Source of the DNA: Octopus vulgaris
Lineage: Eukaryota
Direction: 5' to 3'
Length of the DNA: 64,000 nt
Assembly: GCA_951406725.2 (NCBI GenBank)
Contig: OX597814.1
Location: 62,062,001-62,126,000 of the forward strand
A model generated the notes under the pieces. That model ran no database searches and was not told the origin of the DNA. It saw only the letters and a program-made list of their open reading frames with translations. A program made the position numbers and the translations under genes. Numbering within the stretch: the first letter of the stretch is position 1; every line of letters starts with the position of its first letter. Shown piece after piece: positions 12,301 to 24,300 of this stretch.

Positions 12301-15300
12301 GGTTGGCAGTTTGTATTTTATCACTGTTTTATGTATATGGCAAGATGCTTAACTCACAAATAGCCCAATCTGCCTAGCTTTAAATAGTTACTTGGGCAAT
12401 AGTACTATAAAACCTATGACTGTTTAAGTATATTAACCAACAGTGCTGAACTTAATTACTTTTATTCATATAGCTTGAAGTGAGGAGTTTTCTACCTGAC
12501 TGACACTGTATCAAGACACAAATTTTCAATGTTGCTCCCATAGCACAATGACTTACATGTTTTACTAGAAGATAGAGTAGGAAGGCTTATGGTTAGCAGT
12601 CTTAAGAAGGTTTTAGGATGAGGATTGCGTGTAATAAAAGAAATAAGCCTAAATTTATTTGATTATATTTAAATAGACTGATGCAGAGTTAATAAGTTCA
12701 AAGAAGCAGACAATTTATGTAGTAACTAAAGAGACAAATAAAAATTTGAGAGTGACTAAGTGAATGTAGTGTTGATTTAGTGCAAATTTCCCAGATCTTT
12801 TCGGTTTGAACAGCAGTTTTTTCTAGCGGTGTCATATGAAATTGTCACCCATAATTATGACCCTAGTATCGATCTATTGCATTTCAATCTGTATTAGGGT
12901 TAGGGGTGGGGGGAAGGGTATCTTTTTTTCTTCACAAATGTAAATAAACCCAATCTGTTTCTTAAACGAGGGACATATTCATACGGCACAGAATATATTT
13001 TACCTCAATAGACATATTTGATTGGTTGAAATTGCAGAAATTGAAGAAGAAAACAACAAATATCTTACAATCTATAGAATTTTCTCAATAAAGCCAAGAG
13101 AAAAAGATGTTTTATAAACACATTCTACCAGTATACGAAGTTTAAAATTATTTAGTTACCTAGAAATTATGTTAAAAACTGCCGTTCAAACCGAAAAGAT
13201 CCAATTTCCCTACTAAGCAGATAGTCTTTTCTTGATAGCTATACAGAAATATATTTAATGAATATATGTGTAAAGGGTGCACAATTGTAGACAAGTAAGC
13301 AGTATTTTAGTACAGGGCAAGTTAGTAGAGATATGTTAGGGGCATATTTGCTATGTACTTTGTTAATATTGATTTGCCATATTCTTAATATTGATATTCC
13401 TTAAATTGGCACAATCCAATTGTAAGCTACATTATCTGACATCTGTCATTTCTGCCACTCCTGCTAACTTTTTCCTTAATTATAGTTTTAGAAGTCATCA
13501 TCAGTTAATGTCTGCCTTCCAAGCTGGCATGAGTTGGACATTTTGACAAAGCTGGTAAACCAGAGGATTGCACCAAGCTCCACTGTTTACTTTAGCATGC
13601 TTTTTATGACTGGATGCCCTTCCTAATGCCAGTCAACTCTGATTATCTCAACAATTAGCAAACAAAAACTCGCCATCTCTTGAGATATTTAAAATCTAAA
13701 ACAAGTAGAGGAAGTAACCCTACTAAAATCAGTTGATCAAAACTTTTGGACAATATATGTCCATGCTGATTGGAATGAATCTGGTTTTTAAAACCAAGTG
13801 CTGAAACCAATGCAACTGTCCCAGTCTTATACAGCCTTAGCAAAGAATATTCTGTGCAGTTGACCAGACTATGAGTGATCAATATATAGAAATAGAAAGA
13901 CTGCAGTGATTCTAAATATTTCAAGACTTTGTGTCGATCCAACAAGAGAAATAGATATGTTCTTTTTGATAATGTTCTTTTTGATATACTGCAACAGTAT
14001 CGTAACATTCTATAATAGTGAATATACTTGCACTTGCAAAATCATCGTCATTTTATGTTTGATTTTCATACTGGCATTTGTTGGGTTTGTCTGCTCTGGT
14101 ACAATATCTTGCCACATGTTGCAATTACTCATCATCTCTTGTGTGTGGTTTAGCCTCTTGAGATCAACCATACTTTTTATCTTCCCATGACTTCCTCAGT
14201 TTTTCTCTTCTACAAGTTCCTTCTACTTGAATTACTTGACATTTTACCTACTGGCCATCCTTTATATACACCTTATGTCTACCTGTGCAGTCTTCTCTCT
14301 TGCATGCTACATCTGAATCCTCTGATGTCCATTTTTCTCTCAGCTCATCTTTTTCTTACCTACTAGCATTACATATCCAGCAGAATATGCTCACAATATC
14401 TTTCTAGCATTAGCACATCCTTCGCATTTACTGTCCATGTTTTGCCGTTATGTTCTATCACATATACAATTTTCCCTTTTCGCAAAGGAAGAAATCCCTT
14501 ATCAGCTTTTCCCCTGTATCCTTACTCAACTAATATGCTTTTACAACAACCATTGCCACTGCTAATTTGGTTGCAGTGGTAACAGAAATTGTCAACTACT
14601 TCTGGTGAACCTTCTGGGCACTTCAAAGATTTCATATCTTGGTGCTCTACTGCTAACTACTATGAACCTATTAGATATAAAAATACTTGTCAGCTGCCTT
14701 GAGATCCCAATGCATTTTTGTGTGTCCACAGTTTACTTGACTACACAGTATAGTGTTTTCACCTAATCCTTTTCTGCAACTTGAACTTGGCTATTTTCCA
14801 GATAACAAGGTTTTATTTTGGGATAATAAATCTCTGAACGAGATATAAACAGTAACTGCTTGACAACGTAAGGTGTACTAGCCACATTCAGATGGCTAGT
14901 AACCGTTGTCGAGCGGTTACTGTTTATATCTCGTTCAGAGATTTATTATTGCTTTCAGACAGTTTTTCTAAATCAGTGACAGTGGTTGCTGTGAAAAACG
15001 TTAAATATTATTTGCAAGGGGTCTCCTTCATCGAAAACCGGTGCTTACCATGCATTGACGAGAGGCAATTACCTTGAAACTATAGTCCGTATGTAGTACT
15101 TAGGTTTTCGAGGGAGGATGACCTCCCTTTGCAAATAACACAAGGGCACTGAGATTGTGTCTAAAGTCCATCTGGTGACGTTGATCGCCTGGGGCTAAAA
15201 GCATCAGTAACACCCCACCCCCAGTGGCTAGCCACATTCAGATGGCTAGTACACCTTACGTTAAGGTTTTATTTTGTTTCCTTACTAAAATTTTTGTCTT

Positions 15301-18300
15301 TGCTCAGTCAACCTTTAGTCATATTGATTTTTGACTCTGTTTTCACTTTTGGAAATTTTCCTCTATTTAGCCTTCAGGAATTCCCAGTCTGCCAATCTTG
15401 ATCTGCTTTACACAGGAGAGAGTCGAGAACCATACACTAAATTTGTCTTGGGATTCGTTGCTAATTAGCACAGTATTGCTGGTACACCTGCACAAAAATT
15501 ATATAATATAGCCTTTATTTAAGAGTGTGCTTTGTGAAGCGTTTGACTCTTATTTGCAGCAGATTGAATAACAACTAAATTGCCATGTGTACTAACCAAA
15601 GCCTAACAATATTTGATGGTTAAAGTCCTTGATATTAAGAGAAATAGTTACCATAGCTACAGTACACCTGTTCTATTATTTATTAAAATATATGAATTAG
15701 GTGGTCTGTTGCAGTCTAGTTAAGATGTAACAATCTCTATCTTTAGCTGTCCATTTTCATTCTTATCTTCATTGATCGTAACTTAGAGAATGAGATGCAT
15801 CTTACTGATGATGATGAGATTTCAGATAAACCTAAAAGTGTATAAAAACGAAACAAGTCTATTTTGAATAACTATTTAATTTGAACTGACTTTCTCTCTA
15901 CCCATCATGTAACATATTTGTTTGGTGTAATTTAGCAAAATATTTTCATTATAATGGCAATAAATATATCTCTTAAAATTGTGAGGCCATCCTGTACAAG
16001 CTCAGTTAGAGCATTAGACTAAAGACCTTATATGTTCTTAGTTCAATCCCAAGTTTTAACATGTTAACAAAGTTCTCATTTGTCCTTGAAATTATTACTA
16101 ATCAAAATTTCTATAGTTTAAATTGTTCTCTTTTTACTTTTATTTACACTTGACTATAGATTATGTGTGTGTGTGTGTGCAATCACGGCTGTGTGGTTAA
16201 GAAATTTGCAACTACATGATATGGGGTTCAGTCCTATGGCACAGCATCTTAGGAAAGTGTCTTCTATTATAGCCCAAGGCAGATCAAGTTTTATGAGTGA
16301 ATTTTTTTGACAGAAACTAAAAGAAGCCCATCGTGAGTGTGTGTGTTTGCTGACATCTGCGTTTCTCAAAAAAAAAATCATTGAGCTACAAGTGGTAAAG
16401 TTGTTATTTCTCCTATCAACAAATTATCTGCTGGCTTTGCACTTTTAAACATATGTAGAACAAGAGATCCCTTACTTGAAAATCAAGTAAATGTTAGGGT
16501 CAAGAAGGGTACCTGGCTGTAAAATAATGCCTCAATAATACAGCCATCTTAAGATTGAGCAAAACAACAGATATATGTAGAGAGAGTATTTTTGAAAGTT
16601 AAGAGTAAGAGTATAGTTGACTGTTTCAAAGTTATCTCATCAACCAGATGTGCCAGTGCTTTGTTATTTCCTCTTTGAGCTTTTATCCTAAATTATATTT
16701 TAATTTTTATAATCAGTATATTGTCAATCTGCTTCTAATTTCCCACTAACACACACTTGCACCTCTTATTTGTATTTGTATTGCTTTATTATGTAAGTGT
16801 ATTCTCTTACATATATATAACCTTTTTTTCTCATTTTAGTCTGGGAGAAGTCTTATGGAATACCAAAATCAAGCTAAACAGTTGTTTAAGAAAATATGTG
16901 GCAATACATCACCAACAACAAGACAGACATTAGAAACAGGGCAATATTTCTTCCAGTAAGTGAATTTTGTTGTTGTTGTTCTTATTATTATTATTAAGGT
17001 GGCAAGCTATCATAATCATGCCAGGCAAAATGCTTAGCTTTTCTCCTGACTTAACATTGTAAGTTTAAATACTGCCAGGGTTGATAAAATAAGTACCAGT
17101 TGAATACTGGGGTCGATTAAATTGACTTAGCCCCTCCCAGTATTGCTGGCCTTGTGCCAAAATTTTAAACTTATTGTTGTTGCTATTAGGCTGGCATGCT
17201 GGCAGAATCATTAGCATTTCATCCATCTTTGTTCTGAGTTCAAATTCCACTGAGGACGACTTTGCCTTTCATGCTTTTGGGGACAATAAAATAAATACCA
17301 GTTAAATACTGGGGGTTGATGTAATTGACTTCCCTCCTTCCCTCAAAAACTGCTGGCCCTTACCAAAATTTGAAACCATTATTATTCAGTGAGAGAGCAA
17401 TGCATGCCATTAAAGTGACACTGGGGTACCAACATATGAAGCCCAGTACACCCATCGTGACTACCCATCTAATAAGGATACACCAGGCACATGCATCACA
17501 ACCATATGAGCATGACATGGTGATCTCGTATCAAGGGAAACAGCACATGACCTTGCAGGTGGGCCCAGTTAGAATTTTTTTCAGGTTGAATAGCCCATCC
17601 CACTCAAAAGGTCTCTGAATAATGTTTAAGGATGATGAATGAAACACCTTTGTTTCCAGAAGTGAAGTATTCATACCCCAAAGAATTCATCTCAACATAT
17701 GCCTATGATGCTCCCTCACTACTCCTGGACATGATCAGAGATGCACATAACGTCAGCCACTACAGGACATGCTCAACTGGTTAAGGTCAAACAACTCTGT
17801 GGTATTGAGCAGAATATTTACTGTAGCCCATCTTTTATACCGAGACAAAACATGTACATAACACTTCCAACCATTTAAGATCAGGAGCCATGAGAACTGC
17901 TGCCTGGTACTGCATCAGGGTATTTATTATTATTATTATTCAGTAGTCTTATTTTTGTCACGTGCTTTCACTGCACTACTGATCACTGCTCTTGGGTATG
18001 TGCTGTGGTTTGTTGTGATGCTCTTATTTTCACTGTATTGAAAGTGTTTATGTAGGATGTGTGCAGTGCTAGTAGTGCTATTTTCTGTATATTATTTACA
18101 TCATTTACATTTGACGGATATTTGTCCTCATCTTGTTTGTTGTTAACACGTTTCGGCTGATATATTTTCCAGCCTTCATCAAGTGTCTTGGGGAAATTTT
18201 GAACCTGGGTTCTCATTCCTAAGGTATTTTTCAATGTTATTGCTATTATTCAGGTCACTGCCTAGAATTGAACTCGGAATTTTGGGGTTAGTAGCCCACG

Positions 18301-21300
18301 CTCATAACCACTACACCATATGCCTGTCTGGAATCAAACTCAGAATCTTGGGGTTAGTAGCCCACACTCTTAACCACTATGCTATATGCCTGGGCATATG
18401 GTGTAGTGGTTAAGAGTGCAGGTTACTAATCCCAAGATTCCGAGTTGAATTCCAGGCAGTGACCTGAATAATAATAATAACAACATCGAAAAATACCTAG
18501 GAATGAGAACCCAGGTTCGAAATTTCCCCAAGACACCTGATGAAGGCTGAAGAGTATATCAGCCGAAACATGTTAACAACAAACAAGATGAGGACAAATA
18601 TCCATGAAATGTTAATAATGTACATAATTCCTCGCCTCTCAAATATAGAACTGTATTTTCTGTATGTTATGTACATTCATAAGTCCTGTTTAGGTTGTGT
18701 AATTTGTCTGAATATTTTTTAATCATAGCTAATGCACCTATTATGATAGGGATTGTTTCTGTTTTTAGGCTCCATATTCAGGCTACCTCTATTTCCAGAT
18801 CTTTGTATTTTGAGAGTTTCTCTCTTTCTTTTAGAGATACATTGTCATCTGTTGGTATTGATACATTGATTAGAAGGCAATTTTTTCTTGATGATCTCTG
18901 ACAACTATAACTGGTTATTATCCTTGATTTCTCTATCTGTATGCATTGGCATATTCCAGAGTACGGTTACTTTGTCATTTTTTGAGACCTTTTCTGGAGT
19001 GTGCCTATGCCATCTTTTTTCTGTTGTCATTCCATAGTGTTGGCATAGCTTCCAGTGTATCATTGATAATAATGATAGAAACAGCAGGACACCAAATTAA
19101 ATTAATTACACTGTTATGATATGTTATACGTTTTGCTCATGCTCCAGGCATTCAGCTTTTGCAAAGATAGAAACTTCAATGCCAATAGAGATGGCAGTTC
19201 TTTAAATTCGTCCACCTGTTTCCTGCTGTAACTGCAAAGTATGATTACACCCAACACTAACTATGACCACAGGGTAACAGAAACTACCTACTTGCTCTAA
19301 TGCACACCTGAGCAGTCCATGGATTTTTCATTTCATTGTATACTTATTACTAACTTCTCCAGTGCATCTATTGCATCTAAAGTCCTGGTTGTTGAAACAG
19401 TGCTTTGGGAGCTTGTGGTTAAAACATGTATATGAGTAAAGTGAATCTTTTTGAATTTATGTGTAACAGCCATAGTACTCAGTTGTGTAAGCACAAGAGT
19501 GTTCTCACTTCTATTCCCACTTGCTTTTCTAATTTTTTTAATAGTTTGGTCTGGCAGAGTAGGTGGTGCCTATGGTCCCCTTGAACAACTGTAAAAAATC
19601 ATGGGCTGAGAGAGGATTCCACAAAGCTAGGGAAGGAAGGATTGGGTATGACTGAACATAATAAAGAGGAAGAGTGATATAACATGAGCTGTGTAGTAGT
19701 GGCCAGTATTGATAGAGGAGATAGCATAATTGAATTATTGATAACAACAATAATAATAATGATAATAACTTTTCTCTTATAGGCGTAAGGCCTGAAATTT
19801 TGGGTGAAAAGGACTACTCTTTTTATCAACCCTGAAAAGATGAAAGGCAGTCAACTTTGGCAGTATTTGAAATCAGAACATAAAGCATTTTGTCCAGTGT
19901 GCTAAAATTCTGCCAGCTCACCACAATGATAATAATAATAATGGTTTCAAATTTTGGCACAGGGCCAGCAGTTTTGGGGAAGGGGCTAAGTTGGTTACAT
20001 TGACCCTAGTTCTCAACTGGTACTTATTTTATTGACCTCGAAAGGATGAAAGGCAAAATTGACCTCAGTGGAATTTGAACTCAGAGCATGCAGACAAACG
20101 AAATGCTGTAGGTATTTTGCTTGGCGAGATGTTGATAATAAGATCAGAGAATTAGAGATATGGATGGTCAATTAAATCAAGTCCAACACTTGACTGTTAC
20201 TTTATTTCACTAACCCTGGAATAATGAAAGCTAAGTTGACCTATGGTAGATTTGAACTCAAACGATAGATAGAGGTAGCAAATACTACAAAGCAGTTTCT
20301 CCAATGCTTTAATGATTCAGCCAATCTATTGTTATTATTATTATTAATAGTAATAATAATTATTAATAGTAATAATAGTTATTATTATTATTATTAATAG
20401 TAATAATAATAATAATGATGATGATGATGATAATGGTTTTGAATTTTGGCACAAGGCCAGTAATTTCAGGGTGGTGGGTAAGCCAATTGCATCAATCCCA
20501 GTACTTAACTGGTACTTATTTTATTGACCCCAAAAGGATGAAAGGCAAAGTTGACCTTGGCAGCATTTGAACTTTGAACATAAAGGTAGACAAAATACTG
20601 CTAAACATTTTACCTGGCGTGGTAATAATTCTGCCAGCTCCCTACCTTTAATAATAATAATAATTTCAAATTTTGGCACAAGGTTAGCAAGTTCGGTGGG
20701 GTGATAAATTGATTACATTGACACCAGTATTCAACTGGTACTTATTTTATTGATCCTGAAAGGAGAAAAGGTAAAGTCAACTACAGTGGAATTTGAATTC
20801 AGAATGTAAAAATGGACGAAATGCCACTAAGCATTTTACCCTATGTGCTAAAAATTCTGCCAGCTCACCACCTTAATAATAATCTTTCCTGCTGTATGCA
20901 CAAGGCCTGAAATTTGGGAGGAGGGGACTAATCGATTACATCAACCCCAGGACTTGACTGGCATTTATTTCATCGACCCTGAAAGGATAAAAGGCAAAGT
21001 TGACCTCAATGGAATTTGAACTCGGAACATAGCGACACAAAATACTGCTGAGCATTTCACCTGGTGTGTTATTGATTCTGCCTGCTTGCTACCTTAATAA
21101 TAATAATAATACTTATTTTTATAATATTGTGAATGGTAAATTGACAGAAATAATGACTAATGGATTAATTTCTTAAAACCTTTAGTTCCTTCCCTCTACT
21201 TTGTGTTCAACTTATTGTTGCTTTAGTAATTTAAGTATCAGTTGTGCATTATGATTTAATAAAATATGTCATTATAATTGCCCTGTTGTTGTTTGAAATT

Positions 21301-24300
21301 ATTATTATAATTCGGTTATGGTAGTGTAGCAGTAGATTGTTGATGAACCAAAGCTGTGACCTGGTTATGATTCTCCAGTTGGTTCTGCTTCACTTACATC
21401 ATTTCTGCTCTTTAAAGTGCATGGTGGATTACACAATTCTAGACTCAATCTCTGAAAAGTCTTGGGCTCCATGTCTAGTTATGAAGTCATTATTGGAATT
21501 ATTAATTAAAAGCATGAATGACTTGATTGGCAAACTATTTGTAGATATCGTATTGCTATTGGCCAAGACAGTTGCCTCTCTGCAGTTAAGTTGCTCTAGC
21601 TGTATGTTGGTTGTTATTGTTTCACTCCAGGACAACTCTGATCAAGCAGAACTATGATCAAAGGCATTCTAGTTGTGACCATCTTATACTTTTAGGGTTT
21701 TCTAGGAACATATCTAAAAAACAATGTGGTGTGATATGCGGGCCATATAGTTAAGTCAATGAGGAAGCCTCTGTTCAGTCAAATATTTGTGTAGGGACTC
21801 CCTTGATGAGTCACTCTATATAGGTACCTCAGGATTGCATAGATTGCCAATAAGATAAAAATACTAAGTGTTTTACAAGGTGTCAAAGTTGTACTGAACA
21901 CACACTCTCTCTCCTGCTCCCCCTCTCTTTCCCTCTTCTCCCCCCCTCTCTCACACACAAACACTTTCTATAGAAATATCCTCAAATATAGTTAAACAAT
22001 CTCTCTGCTTGTATTTTATAAAATACAAAAGATTAAGGGAATCAAATATAACAGAAAGCTCAGAAATGTAGACTTTAATTCAACCAGATAAGTACTTGGC
22101 CTGCTTCCTGAAGCTCCTACAGCCAAATTAATGCCAGTGTTGAGCTTTTTTTATTTCTTTGGTTATTTTTAAGACTGAGACTGAAATAGAAAGAGATATC
22201 CAGACACCTAAAGAGCATAGGGTTTCCATGCATAATAATGCCCATGGTTCCACCTTGGAAATCTTTCCTGAACCATTTGTCTATAGTCAATTAAAAAGTT
22301 TTCATTGTAGTAAAAAAAAACAACTCGAAATCATTAAAACAAAGAAAACCAGTAGTATAGAAACAATTCTTAGTAGCTGAAGGCAAAAACACTTTTGACA
22401 CCCACTAACACCTTAACAATCATAATAGGCCAAAAAATTTTGCACCCTTTCACACCTGAGCCCAGAGGAAAGCAGGAGGAGGAAAGCTGTCTTGCCTTAT
22501 ATCCCCTTGCTACATCTTTGCAAAAGACACAAGGAGAGTTGCCAATATTTGCCATAAGGTTGCAGAATTTCTATCACAATGAAGCTTAAGACAATTTTCC
22601 ACTAAACTCTTCAGCTATGTAATGATCCAATAACATATTCTACCATGTGCAATTGCCTCAGGATTCCATTAAAAAAATTCTTTACTACCTTAAGTAATGG
22701 TTCAATATAAATTCCAAAACAAGCTACAAGTGTGACTGATAATAAAATTCAACCATATCCATCATCCCTGTACTAAAAGGGTAAAGATCCCTTTTGGTCA
22801 TGAATGACCATGGGATTGCACCTAGAAAGTTACCTCTGAGGCACAAGTCCAGGCAGAGTTGTTACGGAAGTCCAGCAGTTACCCATACATACCAGCCCCT
22901 CCTCTCCATGCCATTAATGTTATCCAAGGCAAAGACAAACCTGATACAGGTGAACTGGAGCAACATGAAATAAAGTGTCTTGCTCAAGAACACAATACAC
23001 AGCCTGGTCTGGGAATTAACCACTGAGCCATGCGCCTGTACAAAGACAATCTATATGATATAACTTTGGATTTGTTTGATATTTTATTATTCTGCATTCA
23101 GATATTTCCAAATTCATAATTATCAACGTAAAGCACCTAAATTATTATGGTAGGCATAATCAGCTAGTTACTGACACACATACACACTTTACATAATTCC
23201 CGTACACATGCAGGGACTGGATGCCAGAACCATATAACCCCCCCACCTCTCATACATGCAATATTTACAAGCAGGTAAAAATCAATAGCCATCTGTTGTC
23301 TGTGTTTTCCACTTCATAATATATATATTATACAGTGACAACTGGCTTGGCCAATAGGGAAACAACAAATGTGATGGAACTAGTTTTTTTGTTTTTTTCC
23401 TTCAATGATTTACGTTGGGAAGAATGGACTGCTCACATGATTTGTGCATTCTCTTCAACACTGGCCAAGTTGATATGGCTGGTGTTCAGTTCGAACAGCT
23501 GCTAGTTAATACCTGAAAGAAAAAGACAAAGAAGATCCAGGAGATCAATGTCTTGGAAGGATTAGGAAAACACACATGTACAGAAAGAGAGGGTGCATAA
23601 GTGTGAGAGAGAAACATTAAACGGAATTGAAAATGAATTCGATTGACATACAATGAACCATCTCTACATAGACATTAAGAAAAATAGACACCACATAATG
23701 AGTAAAAAAGTGAAGAAGGAAATAAGCAGAAAGAGTTCAAATGAAGTTATCTCTCTTTATATGATGAAGAAACAGCAAAAGTTTTATTAACAGAAAAAAT
23801 TGCTATGCTAATTTATCCAAAATATAATTTATTTCAGTTTTTCATTTGACACTTATTAACGATTCTCAGGATGATAGTTGTTATGTTGAGTAAAAGCAAT
23901 TTTTATGGCACTAAAACATCTAATACCAAATAACCAGCACTCACAAATACACATTGTCTTAATTTGAAATGATGGGTGTATCAAAAACTTTTTGTCTTTC
24001 TTAAACATTGATGAATTTTCTTATTATTTTAGTGTTTGTAATTTAAATATTTGCACTAAATTTTCCCAGCTGAATGCTTTTCCAATCACTAATCATTCAA
24101 CTATGACATGATTTTGGCATCTATTTCCTGTTAATAGTCTGAGACAAACTATTGTGTCTTAGCAAAAGGCAAATCATAATGGTTCAATTGGAAACTATAT
24201 GTAATATTCATTACAAAGGCTGTTTCCATTGCTAATAGCAAATATGTATTTATATATATATATATATATCATTGGATGCCTTGAAGGGTTTTTAGTCCAA

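Larger units (their letters stand above)
14160..15480 (-). mobile_element. Decayed RTE LINE fragment interrupted by a 442-bp insertion
   Basis: Colinear similarity to the RTE copies at 28.4-29.5 kb and 58.7-59.6 kb; boundaries approximate. Confidence 0.65.

Noticed and set aside
18393-18465. tRNA-like sequence with ACT in the anticodon position
   Set aside because: Part of a repeated element with a poor acceptor stem; not a functional tRNA gene
19770-21100. Regularly spaced repeats superficially like a CRISPR array
   Set aside because: Units are about 200-bp SINE copies in a eukaryotic intron; no short identical repeats with unique spacers and no cas genes
21337-23530. Possible nested antisense gene in SEC22B intron 2 (short ORFs; strong minus-strand acceptor near 23513)
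   Set aside because: All three frames after the acceptor stop quickly and the ORFs show no recognisable family; a non-coding exon cannot be excluded
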